Origin: an uncultured delta proteobacterium
GTDB lineage: Bacteria > Desulfobacterota > Desulfobacteria > Desulfobacterales > B30-G6
DNA length: 64,000 nt
Direction: 5' to 3'
NCBI GenBank assembly: GCA_963823335.1
Contig: CAWGLD010000006.1
Coordinates: forward strand, 157,595 to 221,594
Shown here: positions 30,201 through 41,700 of the stretch, in pieces
How the letters are laid out: each line of letters begins with the position of its first letter
Position numbering within the stretch: position 1 is the first letter of the stretch
Translations under genes and position numbers: made by a program
The notes under the pieces: model-generated
Told to the model about the DNA's origin: nothing
The model's database searches: none
What the model saw: only the letters and a program-made list of their open reading frames with translations

Positions 30201-31001
30201 ATGGAATTCAACATGAACGAAAAAGAACAATTCCCAAAAAATGATTCCTTCTTTCAAGAACTGTCCGTAGAGTTCCTCATTCACGAGCTCAAAGATCCCA
30301 TTGCGGTGATCGAAACAGGTGCACGTACCCTGCTTGAAAAACAGGACAAATTCGGATCCCTGTCATCTCGCCAAGAAAAGACCATGAGCCGGATCATACG
30401 TAATGCCGGCAAGGCACGGGAAATGTTGTACAGCCTGCTGGAGGTGGGACGATCCGAAGCCGGCAGCTTTGCCTGTGATCAGTTTAAACCCGTAGAAACG
30501 ACTTTTGACGTGCTGGCAAACTGCCTGGAAGTGCATGACCCTTCTATTACCGATGAAATGCACCAGAATCCGGACATGGCTCAAGTTTTGACCACTCTCA
30601 TTTCATACGGTATTTCAGTATCTTCTGAACCGGACCTGCTTCAGATGGACATGCATCAGGATCAGGTTAAGTATCGCCAAATTGTCGGGAATCTTGTAAA
30701 AAATGCCCTGCATTTCCGGCGTGAACGCATTGACATCAAAATGGAAAAACACAAAGGCTGCCTGATGGTTACAGTGACGGATGACGGCCCAGGTGTTGAG
30801 CCTGAGCAGTGTGAATCTATTTTTCAGCGCTATTCTCAAGCAAATGATTGTACTATTACCCAGCGCCAGGGACACGGTTTGGGACTGGCCGGTGCCCGTA
30901 TCATGGCTCGCTGTTTGGGTGGTGATATTGAACTGACATGCAGCAAAACCGAAGGCACAAGATTTCAATTGACACTGCCGATAAACTTTACAACGATGTA
31001 A
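30201..31001 (+). CDS. Histidine kinase without an input domain
   Basis: LIHELKDP, NLVKNAL, DDGPG and GHGLGLA; the start may be at 30213. Confidence 0.88.
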   Translation: MEFNMNEKEQFPKNDSFFQELSVEFLIHELKDPIAVIETGARTLLEKQDKFGSLSSRQEKTMSRIIRNAGKAREMLYSLLEVGRSEAGSFACDQFKPVETTFDVLANCLEVHDPSITDEMHQNPDMAQVLTTLISYGISVSSEPDLLQMDMHQDQVKYRQIVGNLVKNALHFRRERIDIKMEKHKGCLMVTVTDDGPGVEPEQCESIFQRYSQANDCTITQRQGHGLGLAGARIMARCLGGDIELTCSKTEGTRFQLTLPINFTTM

Positions 31002-31060
31002 ATAATCCTGTCAAATAAATCTAATATCGGATTTGTTATTCAAATCGAGGGGGTAATTAA

Positions 31061-31612
31061 ATGACTGGGCATACATTTCTCGCGGGCAAATCGATTTTGG
31101 CGGTAGATGATGAAGCGGATATCCTGGAGACCATCGAAGATATCCTGGAAGAAGCGAACGTGGACACGGCACGGGACTATGAAAGTGCTTCTGAAAAAAT
31201 AAGAAAACAGACCTATGATCTGGTGATTCTCGATATTATGGGCGTCAACGGCCTGCAACTGTTGGAAGAATCTGTTGCAAAAGGCTTCCCGACCGTCATG
31301 CTGACAGCCCATGCCGTCAACCCGGAGTCTCTCATGGCCTCCATTCGCAAGGGTGCCATCTCTTATCTCCCTAAAGAGTCCCTGTCAGACCTGGATGAAC
31401 TTCTGAATGATCTGCTGGGTGCCTATGAAAGAGGTGAAGCACCCTGGAAACTGCTTTTCAGTAAACTGGGCGCCTATTTTGATGAACGCTTTGGTGCCGA
31501 CTGGAAAAAGAGCGACAAGACATTCTGGTCTGATTTCGACCGCACCTATGAAATCGGCAAAGGCATCCAGGAGCGTTTGAAAAAAGATTCGCGTATCGTC
31601 GGTAAATTTTAG
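31061..31612 (+). CDS. Response regulator (receiver domain with C-terminal extension)
   Basis: LAVDDE, LDIMG (phospho-Asp), MLTAH and YLPK. Confidence 0.9.
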   Translation: MTGHTFLAGKSILAVDDEADILETIEDILEEANVDTARDYESASEKIRKQTYDLVILDIMGVNGLQLLEESVAKGFPTVMLTAHAVNPESLMASIRKGAISYLPKESLSDLDELLNDLLGAYERGEAPWKLLFSKLGAYFDERFGADWKKSDKTFWSDFDRTYEIGKGIQERLKKDSRIVGKF

Positions 31613-31642
31613 AAAGTTATACCGCTGGGTAGATCTTTTTTA

Positions 31643-31957
31643 TTAGCCACAGACACACACAGACCTACACAGACAACCATCGATCGACTTGATCGATGAA
31701 TACCTATCAATGCCCTGCGGGCATACTCAAGTATTCCGAGGAGTTGAAGCAAGGGACCAACACAGAAATTGGGCTAAAAAACTTTTTTGAGATAGCTTCT
31801 ATTCTTTGTCTTAGAAAATATGATGGATTTGTTCGGCCAAGTCGGCCAAACAAATGTCTGTGTTCGTCTGCGAGTGTCTGCGGTAAATAAATAAAACACC
31901 TTTCAACTCGTAAACTGTAACAACCGTCCGTGCAAGTCCGTGTGTGTCTGTGGCAAA
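31643..31957. mobile_element. Family D element, copy 3
   Basis: TTAGCCACAGACACACACAGACCTACACAGAC; hairpin loops CGACTTG and CAAGTCG; TGCCC-tgc-GGGCA; right end doubled. Confidence 0.82.
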
Positions 31958-31963
31958 ATATAA

Positions 31964-32809
31964 TTAAAAACCGTCAGCTAAGAGCATCTTGTCTGCAAGC
32001 TCCTTCAACAGTTTCGCCGCCACCATGGCTGTCATACCATTGATATCTCGCAAGGGATTATACTCCACAATATCCGCGCCTACGATGGGCGCTTTGATCT
32101 GCTGAATTACCGAAATGATATCCCGCGTTCTCAAACCACCCGGTTCAAGATGCGATACCCCCGGGGCATAGGCCGGGTCCAGTGCGTCCAGATCGAGAGA
32201 GATATAGACCGGCCCGTTAAGTTTAAGTCTGGAAAGACCTTTTGGCCATGATTTCATATCGATAACCGTAACATTGAACCGATCGGCCTGCTCTTGCAGG
32301 TGGGGCGTCATGGTTCGGATGCCCACCTGCACCAATTTATGTATGAGCCCCTCTTCCATGATCCGGGCAAACGGGCAGGCATGTGAATATCGATTCCCTT
32401 GGAATTCGTCGTAAAGATCCGGGTGCGCATCAAATTGCAGAATATTCAGATGCGGAAAATGCTTTTCGTAGGCTCGAATAATAGGCAGCGTCACGGCATG
32501 GTCTCCCCCCAGAGACAGGACCCTTGCCTGGTTATCGAGTAGTTCCTGATAAACATGCTCGATGTGTCCCAGTACATTCATGCTCTTTTTCAGCTCCAGA
32601 TCGCCCACATCGAAGAAACTTTTTTGTTTGACCAGATCAAGCCCACTCTCCGTACATTTATTGGTGGCATCAGAGTTAAATGCTTCCCTGATTTTAGGGG
32701 GAGCTTTGGCCGGTCCCTTCATAAACGAAGAGTTTTCGTCGTAAGGAACCCCTACAACCGCCACGGATTTTCTATCAAGCTTGTTGTCTATTATGTCATT
32801 TAAATTCAT
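31964..32809 (-). CDS. speB: Agmatinase
   Basis: LGGDH, FDAHPD, SHACP, DLDALDPAYAPG and DIVEYNP. Confidence 0.9.
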   Translation of the reverse strand: MNLNDIIDNKLDRKSVAVVGVPYDENSSFMKGPAKAPPKIREAFNSDATNKCTESGLDLVKQKSFFDVGDLELKKSMNVLGHIEHVYQELLDNQARVLSLGGDHAVTLPIIRAYEKHFPHLNILQFDAHPDLYDEFQGNRYSHACPFARIMEEGLIHKLVQVGIRTMTPHLQEQADRFNVTVIDMKSWPKGLSRLKLNGPVYISLDLDALDPAYAPGVSHLEPGGLRTRDIISVIQQIKAPIVGADIVEYNPLRDINGMTAMVAAKLLKELADKMLLADGF

Positions 32810-32858
32810 ATTGTTATATCTTTATATTAACAATTAAGAACTCATAATTGCCCATATT

Positions 32859-33941
32859 TCATTTTTCTGTTTTCCCCCCGAACATCGCCTCCATCTTCAG
32901 CACCAGTTCAAACTCCCCCTCAACCGTATATTTCTCCTGAAAGAACATCGCCTGGCCATCGGCCTTGCCGGTCATGATGTCCATCCACACGTCAAATGGT
33001 GTTTTGATGGTAACAGATGGGGTGGCATGCTTGCCCATTTCCGCCCCTATCAACCCGTTTTCAATCGAAATAAAACAATCACCCTGCACGGAACCACTGA
33101 AACAGAACTGCATGATGGCCTGTATATCTCTTGCCCCTTCAGGGTTGAACCCCAGTTTGAGGATGGCCATATAACTCTCCAGGGAATCGGGTCTCGGGAT
33201 CATGCCTTTTTTTTCAAATTCTTTGGGGGTCACCCCCTCTGCGATGCAGGTCTTCCAGAAGAGGTTTATCAGCCCCTTGAACGAACCAGATTCACTAGAG
33301 ATCGGCTGCTGAATCTGGGCCATTGTGTTTTCGGATACCGATTTGCTCTCTACAATTTCCCGACCGGCCTCCTTTACCGCTTCAGCAATACGGGTTTTGA
33401 TGTCTTCCGTTCCGGGGTTCAGCATACTTTCTGCCCCGGGTCGATAAATCTCCGCGAGAAGCCTGTTTTTATACAAATAGCTAATATACTGTGATAATTG
33501 ATCAAAAACCCCAAGTTCTGAGAACCCGGCCACGGATATGCAGACCACATCCGGGTGCTGGTACCTAAGAGGGTGACTCGACCGGCCATCCTCTCGCTTG
33601 ATCACAAAAGGCTCGAGAATGGGCAGGGTCCTTTCAATAAAGGCTTTTAACTGTGCGTTAATTGTAAAGTGATATAGCGGTGTTGCATAGACCACCAGAT
33701 CCGCCGCTATAAATTTTGGAAATAGCTCTGCACTCATGTCATCCTTGTGAATGCATTGACCCGGTGTTTTTGTCCAGCAGGTAAAGCAGCCGATGCAATA
33801 GTTGATTTTCTTTTTGCGCAGGTCGACCTTTTCCACGGTTGCCCCGGCAGCTTGCATACCCGACACCAGATGATCGAGCATCCATTCCGTCTTGCTCTGT
33901 CCCCCGCCCCGCGGACTCGAATTCAGCGCTAAAACTTTCAT
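32859..33941 (-). CDS. Iron-sulfur flavoprotein/flavodoxin-like domain fused to an SCP2 domain
   Basis: NSSPR, CIGCFTCW..C and ATPLY; C-terminal SCP2 signature (IMTGKADGQAMFFQEKYTVEG). Confidence 0.85.
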   Translation of the reverse strand: MKVLALNSSPRGGGQSKTEWMLDHLVSGMQAAGATVEKVDLRKKKINYCIGCFTCWTKTPGQCIHKDDMSAELFPKFIAADLVVYATPLYHFTINAQLKAFIERTLPILEPFVIKREDGRSSHPLRYQHPDVVCISVAGFSELGVFDQLSQYISYLYKNRLLAEIYRPGAESMLNPGTEDIKTRIAEAVKEAGREIVESKSVSENTMAQIQQPISSESGSFKGLINLFWKTCIAEGVTPKEFEKKGMIPRPDSLESYMAILKLGFNPEGARDIQAIMQFCFSGSVQGDCFISIENGLIGAEMGKHATPSVTIKTPFDVWMDIMTGKADGQAMFFQEKYTVEGEFELVLKMEAMFGGKTEK

Positions 33942-33986
33942 GTGTAGGTCCCTTTTTAGACAGTAGAGGTTTAAAAGATCTTTTAT

Positions 33987-34147
33987 TTAGCCACGGACAC
34001 ACACAGACAATCACAGACATTTCTCTCTTTCGACTTGAAAGAGAGAAAAAATGCATTCACTTCGTGTCAGTATGATATGCCCAAAGGGCATTGAGATTGA
34101 TCTTCGACCATGTCGGTCGAAGATTGTCTATGTGTGTCCGTGGCTAA
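33987..34147. mobile_element. Family D element, copy 4 (short, reverse orientation)
   Basis: TTAGCCACGGACACACACAGAC...GTCTATGTGTGTCCGTGGCTAA; loops CGACTTG and CATGTCG; TGCCC-aaa-GGGCA. Confidence 0.85.
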
Positions 34148-34219
34148 AATAGAAATAAACGGATGACGGATAGCAGCCTCCAAACATACCAGCTTCCCAG
34201 CATCAACCAGCCGTCTCGC

Positions 34220-35560
34220 TTACAAGCGCCAAAAACGAACATGGTGCCTTTCCACGGCATCTGGATCGAACATGGACTTAACATCAATCAAACATCCACC
34301 GGGAATCAGCTTATTTACAATTTTATCAAGTGGCTGCTCGACATAAAACGAATGTGCCACGGCAACCACCAGGGCATCCAGATCTTTCAGTTCTTCGAAT
34401 GACACCAGACTAACTCCGTAAAATGCTTTGGCCTCATCTGGATCAGCCATCGGATCGTGCATCAAAACCTCAATGCCGTAGGTTGCCAGTTCCGCTGCAA
34501 TGTCCGGCACCCGCGAGTTTCTCAGATCCGGGCAGTTCTCCTTGAAAGTCAACCCCAAGACGCCCACCCTGCTTTCCTTGATGTGAGATCCGGCTGCGAT
34601 CATCATCTTGACCGTTTTCTCGGCAATAAACTTGCCCATGTTGTCATTGATGCGCCGCCCTGCCAGGATGATTTCCGGATGATAGCCCACCAGTTCGGCC
34701 TTGTGGGTCAGATAATACGGATCCACACCGATACAGTGCCCACCCACCAGACCCGGTCTGAAAGGCAAAAAATTCCACTTGGAGCCGGCTGCCTCCAGGA
34801 CATTGAGTGTGTCGATATTGAGTTTGTCAAAAATGATGGAAAGTTCGTTGATCAGGGCAATATTGATGTCACGCTGGATGTTTTCAATCACCTTGGCGGC
34901 CTCGGCTTCTTTGATACTGCCCGTACGATGGACTCCTGCAGTGACAATGGATTCGTAGAGAGCGGACACGGCATCCAGCGTCTCAGGGTCATCCCCGGAA
35001 ACCACTTTCTTGATTTTGGTCAGAGTGTGCTCTTTGTCGCCAGGATTGATCCGCTCCGGAGAATATCCCACGTGGAAATCCTTTCGCCAGGAAAGACCCG
35101 ATTGGGCTTCAATAATGGGAACGCAGACCTCCTCGGTGGCGCCCGGGTAAACAGTAGATTCAAAGATAACCACGGCACCCTTTTTGATGTGCTTTCCCAC
35201 GATGCGCGAAGCGGAAATCAAGGGACCGAGGTCGGGCTGTCGGGCAGCATCGATGGGTGTGGGTACGGCCACAATAATGAACTCTGCGCTTTCAATCGCG
35301 GTGGGGTCCGCCGTAACGGTCAGATGTTGCGCAGCTTCGAATCCTTCCCGAGACACTTCACCGGTAACATCCATCTGCTTAACCAGTTGAGATATTTTGG
35401 TTTTATTGAGATCGAATCCAATGGTGGTCAGTTTTTTACCGAAAGTTACCGCCAGCGGTAGTCCCACATAACCGAGACCGATCACAGCGATGGTCGCATC
35501 GCTGATGCGACGCTCCAATTTTGAGTTTTGAATGCTTAATTTTGAATTATCTGGGTTCAT
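34220..35560 (-). CDS. UDP-N-acetylhexosamine 6-dehydrogenase (TviB/WbpO-like nucleotide sugar dehydrogenase)
   Basis: GLGYVGLP, VAVPTP, ESTVYPG, SPERINPGD, GGHCIGVDP and FKENCPDLRNS. Confidence 0.92.
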   Translation of the reverse strand: MNPDNSKLSIQNSKLERRISDATIAVIGLGYVGLPLAVTFGKKLTTIGFDLNKTKISQLVKQMDVTGEVSREGFEAAQHLTVTADPTAIESAEFIIVAVPTPIDAARQPDLGPLISASRIVGKHIKKGAVVIFESTVYPGATEEVCVPIIEAQSGLSWRKDFHVGYSPERINPGDKEHTLTKIKKVVSGDDPETLDAVSALYESIVTAGVHRTGSIKEAEAAKVIENIQRDINIALINELSIIFDKLNIDTLNVLEAAGSKWNFLPFRPGLVGGHCIGVDPYYLTHKAELVGYHPEIILAGRRINDNMGKFIAEKTVKMMIAAGSHIKESRVGVLGLTFKENCPDLRNSRVPDIAAELATYGIEVLMHDPMADPDEAKAFYGVSLVSFEELKDLDALVVAVAHSFYVEQPLDKIVNKLIPGGCLIDVKSMFDPDAVERHHVRFWRL

Positions 35561-35592
35561 TGGCTCAGCGCCCCTCCTGCATCATTGATCAT

Positions 35593-35635
35593 AGCGACAA
35601 CGTCGCGTCATATAAAATCGTTCCAACGATTTTAT
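35593..35635 (-). repeat. Family C element, copy 4
   Basis: AGCGAC-aac-GTCGCG tcat ATAAAATCG-ttccaa-CGATTTTAT, next to the vapC stop codon. Confidence 0.8.
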
Positions 35636-35640
35636 TTTTA

Positions 35641-36027
35641 TTACCACACGGTCTTTACTCCATATGATTTGAACAAATTGTCCTTGGTCAAAACCGTCAT
35701 TTTCTCTTTCAATGCCTCGGCAATAATGATGCGATCAAAAGGATCACGGTGAATGAACGGAAGAGTTGCGGCGGATATAGCTGCAGTGAACCCAATTGGA
35801 ATTGGTAAAACATTGAGTTGTTGCAATGCTTCCGCTATAAACCGTTGCGGCACATCTGGAAGTTCAAGGCGTTTGAGCTGCTGCAGCATCGAGATCTCCC
35901 AAGCGCTCGCCGCGCTTAGATAGAGATGATTGTTTTGTTCTTCCACGATCTCCCGCACGTTTTCCGACAGGGACAACGGGTCGCCGGCCATCCAAAGAAA
36001 TGTGTGGGTGTCAAGAAGATAGGACAT
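35641..36027 (-). CDS. vapC: VapC-family PIN toxin
   Basis: YLLDTH, SAASAWEI and HRDPFDR; overlaps the antitoxin gene. Confidence 0.9.
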   Translation of the reverse strand: MSYLLDTHTFLWMAGDPLSLSENVREIVEEQNNHLYLSAASAWEISMLQQLKRLELPDVPQRFIAEALQQLNVLPIPIGFTAAISAATLPFIHRDPFDRIIIAEALKEKMTVLTKDNLFKSYGVKTVW

Positions 36028-36268
36028 CGTTTGCACGCTCGGGCCAAAAATCGTTTAAAATATCATCCGGTATCGGTTCATCAAAATCCTCATGAAGCTT
36101 CATTTTACCTGAATATACTCCCAGTTGCCGTTTCCCGCCTGCCTTTTTAACCGGGACCAGTTTTACCAGTGGATGCCCTGACTTGGTAATAATGACTTCT
36201 TCACCCGAAAGAACCGCCGGTATCAGTTTTGAAAGCTTTGTTTTTGCTTCATGAATACCGATTTCCAT
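36011..36268 (-). CDS. Phd/YefM-family antitoxin
   Basis: IHEAKTKLSKL..GEEVIITKSGHPLVKLVP; C-terminal DFDEP. Confidence 0.9.
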   Translation of the reverse strand: MEIGIHEAKTKLSKLIPAVLSGEEVIITKSGHPLVKLVPVKKAGGKRQLGVYSGKMKLHEDFDEPIPDDILNDFWPERANDVLSS

Positions 36269-36731
36269 TTTAACCCCCTCATGAATCGAATATTAGACAT
36301 ATTAGCTAACTCCTAAACTAAGCTATATAGATCTGCATGTCAACTATTAATTCTGACAGGATTAATGTGTCCGTGGATATTAACAAGTTATCCTCTCAAA
36401 AACGATTCCAGCATCATAGTGCAGTTCCTATGTCCTATAAACTATGAGCTGCCAGCGACAACCTATCATCTAATATTTTGATATTATTCAGCATATGATT
36501 TAATCAAAAAACTACCAGATATTGGGTCTATTTTTTTCTTGACACACAATTTTTCCTTTGACATAAGTCAACCTGTATTTTTAAAAACGCCCTGAATTGA
36601 ACGATTGTCTTAATCGCTACGGAAACTTCGACGATCGCTCAACTTAGATAATATTTTAACGACTCACCGCAACACGCAGAATCAATCCTCCAGAACACGG
36701 TGAAACAAAACAACACGGTGTTCATTCAATC

Positions 36732-38463
36732 ATGATATTCAAGCATTCGAACCATTTAAAAACCAAGTCTCATCCTCACAGTTCTCGGCCTGGCGCTCCT
36801 GTTTCCCGTGTTGTCTGAAGCCCAAACACAGGCGTCTTTTACATGGGATCCAAACATCGAGCCGGATATCGCAGGCTATCGCGTTTTTCATCGTGTTGCA
36901 GGAAACGCATACAATTACAGCAAACCCGCCTGGGAAGGATCTAAGACCTCATGCACCATCGATATAGCGACTGACGACATGCGCCATTATTTTGTTGCGC
37001 GCGCAGTTGACACCCGAGGCTTTCAAAGCCAGAACTCAGATGAGGTCTGTCTCGGGTGCTCCACTGATTCAGCCGATAACTGTCCAAACGATCCAAATAA
37101 AACCGAGCCAGGCGTATGTGGTTGCGGCACTCCGGATATCGACACGGACAGGGATGGAACTCTGGACTGCAATGACGGATGTCCGAATGACCCTGACAAG
37201 ACCAGACCAGGCGTAAACGGATGCGGCTTCCCGGAGCCCGTCAGTGATGGTGGAACCCCTGCAGACCCTGACAACTGTCCAACGGATCCCCAAAAAACCG
37301 AACCAGGTATATGCGGATGCGACATTCCGGACATCGACACGGACAGGGATGGAACTCTGGACTGCAATGACAGATGTCCGAATGACCCTGACAAGACCAG
37401 ACCAGGCGTAAACGGATGCGGCTTCCCGGAGCCCGTCAGTGATGGTGGAACCCCTGCAGACCCTGACAGCTGTCCAACCGATCCCAAAAAAACCGAGCCA
37501 GGTATATGCGGATGCGGCATTCCGGACATCGACACGGACAGGGATGGAACTCTGGACTGCAATGACAGCTGCCCGGATGACCCTGACAAGGTCAGGCCGG
37601 GTGTAGGCGGGTGCGGCTTCCCGGAGCCCGTCAGTGATGGAAGCCCCGCAGACCCTGACAACTGTCCAAACGATCCAAATAAAACCGATCCAGGCATATG
37701 CGGATGCGGCATTCCCGACATCGACACGGACCTGGACGGTAGACTCGACTGTAATGACAGATGCCCGGATGACCCCGACAAGGTCAAGCCGGGTACTTGC
37801 GGATGCGGTACAGCTGACACTGATGTGGATGAAGACGATGTGTTGGACTGTTATGATACGGATGATGACAACGACGGCATCAGTGATGCTGTTGAAGCAA
37901 AGGGCCCCAACCAGGGCGACGCCAACCGGGATGGCATCCTTGACAGTCTGCAATGCAACGTCGGCAGTATAAAAATGAGTGACAAAAAGAACTACATCAG
38001 CCTGGAAAGCCCGGAAGGCACCTGCATCAGTGATCTTATGCGAGCGGACAATCTGCCCTTTGTGGAATTTCCTCAAGATGTAGATTTTATCTATGGGCTG
38101 TACGAGTTCGTTGTTCAGGATACCGGTTATGGCAAAAATGTCATCGCAACGATCACCCTGCCCCAGGGCGCTTTCCCCGATACCTTTTACATTTATGGTC
38201 CAACACCTGAAAACCCCACCAACCACTGGCATGAATTCCTGGACAATGGTCAAACAGGGGCGGAAATCGAAGGAAACAGCATTACACTTTTCCTTACCGA
38301 TGGCCAAAGAGGAGATACTGTCCTCACCAAAGACAGAATGGTTGTCATTCTTGGTGGTCCAGGGTATATATCGACCGGTACGGAAAGGGATTACAGCCCC
38401 GACACTGATTCCAGCAGCAGCAGTGGGGGTAGTGCTTGCTTTGTAGACTGTTTGCCCAAATAA
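36732..38463 (+). CDS. Secreted Ca-binding repeat protein (FN3-like N-terminus, TSP3-like repeats, choice-of-anchor-U-like domain, CF(I/V) tail); apparent +1 frameshift in the signal peptide
   Basis: ORF 36808-38463. Removing one A from the A5 run at 36758-36762 joins ATG 36732 to give MIFKHSNHLKPSLILTVLGLALLFPVLSEA, a signal peptide. DxCPxDP and DxDxDG repeats; LTDGQRGD. Confidence 0.75.
37075..37810 (+). repeat. Intragenic tandem repeat of about 195 bp, about 3.8 copies
   Basis: Units start at 37075, 37270, 37465 and 37657 and encode DNCPxDPxKTEPGxCGCxxPDIDTDRDGTLDCNDxCPxDPDK..CG. Confidence 0.9.
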
Positions 38464-38502
38464 ATTCGTACGAACGAAGTTATTTTGCGCGACGGTGTCG
38501 CT
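38460..38502 (+). repeat. Family C element, copy 5
   Basis: ATAAATTCG-tacgaa-CGAAGTTAT tttg CGCGAC-ggt-GTCGCT; overlaps the TAA stop. Confidence 0.78.
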
Positions 38503-38519
38503 CCTATCAAAAAGATTGA

Positions 38520-38563
38520 AAAAATAAAAGCCCTTGCAACAAACTGCAAGGGCTTTTATTTTT
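38520..38563. terminator. Bidirectional intrinsic terminator
   Basis: AAAAATAAAAGCCCTTGCA-acaaac-TGCAAGGGCTTTTATTTTT between convergent genes. Confidence 0.88.
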
Positions 38564-38615
38564 CTTTATTAGACAGAATTTACTGGATCTTCAGGATTAT
38601 TTTGTCATCAAGGCG

Positions 38616-38790
38616 CGTGAGACGTTAGATAAAAAGATAACTTTAAGACTCTGCGTTGAGTAAGATTTAGACGATGCTCACTTTAAAACATCGTTAGACG
38701 TTAGAAGTAAGATGTTAGACGATGCTATCAGTCTCTACGTCTTCAGCTATCTCCTACATCTCACGTCTTACACTTTAAGTCTCACGTTTA
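38616..38790. repeat. Family H heptamer palindrome (GTGAGAC/GTTAGAC/GTAAGAT), copy 1
   Basis: GT(G/T/A)AGA(C/T) array, centre GACGATGCTATCAGTCTCTACGTC, then the inverted (G/A)TCTCAC array. Confidence 0.85.
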
Positions 38791-38798
38791 CCAGCTTC

Positions 38799-41700
38799 CT
38801 ATTTGACTAACCCTATAAAACAATTTGCAACCTCCTCTTCTGGAACTCCATCGTCACCGGCATCCCCGCCTCCCGCGCTTCTTTCAACCACGGCAGCCTG
38901 GATACCCGAGAAGTGGTAGACCTTCAGCTGGATGCGGCCGCTGGCGTTGACACGGGACCCCGGCACCATCCACCCGTCGATGGTCGCTTTTCCTTTCGAG
39001 TCGCACCCCAGGACCCATTCTACGCCATTGTAGAAATAGACACCGATGCCACTCACATCGTTTTTTCCCGGTGTGGGCACAATCAGTTTGACGGGCGTGC
39101 TGAAAACAGTGGGTGGTTGAAGATTGATGGAGTCACCCACGCCAATGGCATTGGTCACGTTGAATACGGGCAGTTCACCCGTGGGGCCCAGTGCCGGCGC
39201 AATATCCGCCGTATTGTAGACCAGTTTTGTGCCCGCCATATCACCATCGGTGATCCCAAAGCCGGCATTATAGGTCTCATTCGCATCCACGAACGCGGGA
39301 TCGCCCGGGCCCAGTGCTTCGTAAGTGGGCAACTGGTCGGGATCGGTCGCATCCATGTGCTCAGCTTCACTTTCCACTTTGAAGCTGTACGTTTCCTCTG
39401 TAATGTTGTTGGTGTTGTTTGTAACGGTTGCCGTAATGCTGACAAGCGCATCAAAGTCGAACACACCGTAAGTGTCCAGGGGCCTGTCGTAGACCACCCA
39501 CAGCTGACTTACGGCTGTATCCAAGTCTGTCTCGTCCATCTTGATGGTTCGCACCACCTGGGTGTTACCCAGACCGACCTCGTAGGAGGGGTGGGTGCCG
39601 TCATCGATGCGGAACATTACCCTGTCTTGGGTGGCGATGTCGATACCGCCGGTACCGGATATAAAAATGGCAAACGACGAATTGTTCGGCACCCTGAAGA
39701 CATCTGCCAGACCAGCCTGGTCGTGGGGCATGACCTGAAGTATATCAGACGGTGCCGGGGAGGATTTATTGCTCGTAGGATCGGTGTTGTTGATAAATTC
39801 CTCATAATTGCTATAGCCGTCTTCATCGTTGTCGCCATCCCTGCCCTGCCCCACAGTCGGATCACCACTGTTGGTATCTAAACCGAATAACGCTTCCCAG
39901 TCATCCGGCAGGTCGTCGGCGTCATTGTCGTTGATCCGGACCGTGTTCGGCTGTACCCGGTATCCATCGGCATCGGTAATCTCATTTCGGACGGTCAAGT
40001 TGTAAATGGTATAGGCTTCCACCGCAACAAAGGACATGCGATAGGTGCTTTGACCACCGGCAGTGCTGACAAGAACGACGGGATTGCCCGGACTTGCAAA
40101 GGTCAAGACCGGCGACAAGGTATAATTTCCTTTGACCTCGGCACCCTGCATGTTCAGTTCGTCATAGGTAATCTCGATGGTGTTGGCGCTTGCATCCAAG
40201 CGGGGATATTTTGTCTCCGGATATTCGACGATGGAGGGCGGATCCTCCGTTGTGGTGGTCAGGTTTCTCTCCACGGAGGCGTTCTCATCATTGGTGCTGG
40301 TTGCATAATTGTTGCCACTGGCATCGGTGGAGCTGACGCGCACGTAGTACAGCGTGCTGGGCGAAAGACCTGTCAGCGTAACACTGTGCTGGGTGGTCAT
40401 GCCGGCATCGTTCTCGCTGTAGGCGTACGCGTCCCAGAGACGGCTCCGGGTATCGTAACGCACCTGACTGTTGCTGGGTTCGTCGGTTGTCCAGGTAGCC
40501 AGGGCTGTTTCACCGGAAGTGGGCTGGACAAAGAAGTTAGAAATCTGCGGTGCGCTCTCGTCCGGGCCGTCTGCCGTGCTGAACTGTCCCTCGATGGAGG
40601 GGGCAGGCCCGTTACCCCTGGCATCGGTGGAGCCTGCCCGGAAATAATAGCGCGTCAAGGGTTGCAGAGCCGTGATTGTCAGGCTGTGGTTCATTACCAT
40701 GTCCGGATCGTTCTCGCTGCCCGTGTAGGTCTCCCAGCTGGCCGCTGATTGGCCGTACCGCACCTGGCTGTTGCCCGGTTCGTTCGTCTGCCAGGTGATC
40801 AAAGCGGTTTTGTTGGTAACCCATGCCACGTTGACGTTCGACACAATGGGGGCTGCGTTGTCAGGGCTCTGCTTGGTTTTGAAGGTCTCTTCGCCTGATG
40901 GATTGCTGGCGCTCTGGTTCAGGGTCGGACCGTTTCCAAGCGCATCGGTGGACCCTATGCGGTAGTAGAAGGTGCAGTCGCCCTGGGCACACACGGGTAC
41001 CGCCACGGTCACCTCTTCCTGGCCGATGACATTCCCATCGTCGTCATAGATGGGGACATATTCGGTTTCGTAGACAACAAAATTGTTCAGGTTCGTCAGC
41101 GTAACAGAATGCTGGGTCACCAGGGCGGCATCGTCTTCACTGTGGGTGTAGGTGGTCCATGTGGCGCTCTCCAGACCGTACTTGACGATACTGTTGGATG
41201 GTTCGTCCGTCTGCCACTCGATAATGGCTGTTTCCGAGTCGACCGCTGCAACAGTGGGTCCTGAAATAACCACCGGCGCGCTGTCATCGGGCTCCACCTC
41301 TGTGGTGAAGGTATCCTCGCTGAACGGATTGTTGGTGTCGTCTCCATCGGGATCGGGTCCGTTGCCGGCGGCATCCGTAGAGCCAACCATGAGATAGATC
41401 CGGCAACCACCGGAGTCACAGCCGGTGAGCAGATCGAGCCCGGTGATGGTGACGCTGTGGCTTGTCACCATGTCGCTGTCGTTTTCAATGTATCGGTAGG
41501 TTACCCAGTCCAGAGAATTGATATCGTAGCGCACCTCGCTGTTAGACGGCTCGTCCGTCTCCCACTCGATGGTGGCCGTTCCAACGGTCTTGTCTGTAAC
41601 GGTGGGCGGGCTGGTAATTCTGGGGGCTGTCAGATCGGGATCCGTATCGGTCCTGAAAGTGATCTCGTTGGAAACGCTGGGTCCGTTGCCGGCCGCGTCA

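Noticed and set aside
37075-37810. 195-bp repeats as a DGR template/variable pair
   Set aside because: They are in-frame tandem coding repeats, and the differences are not confined to adenines.
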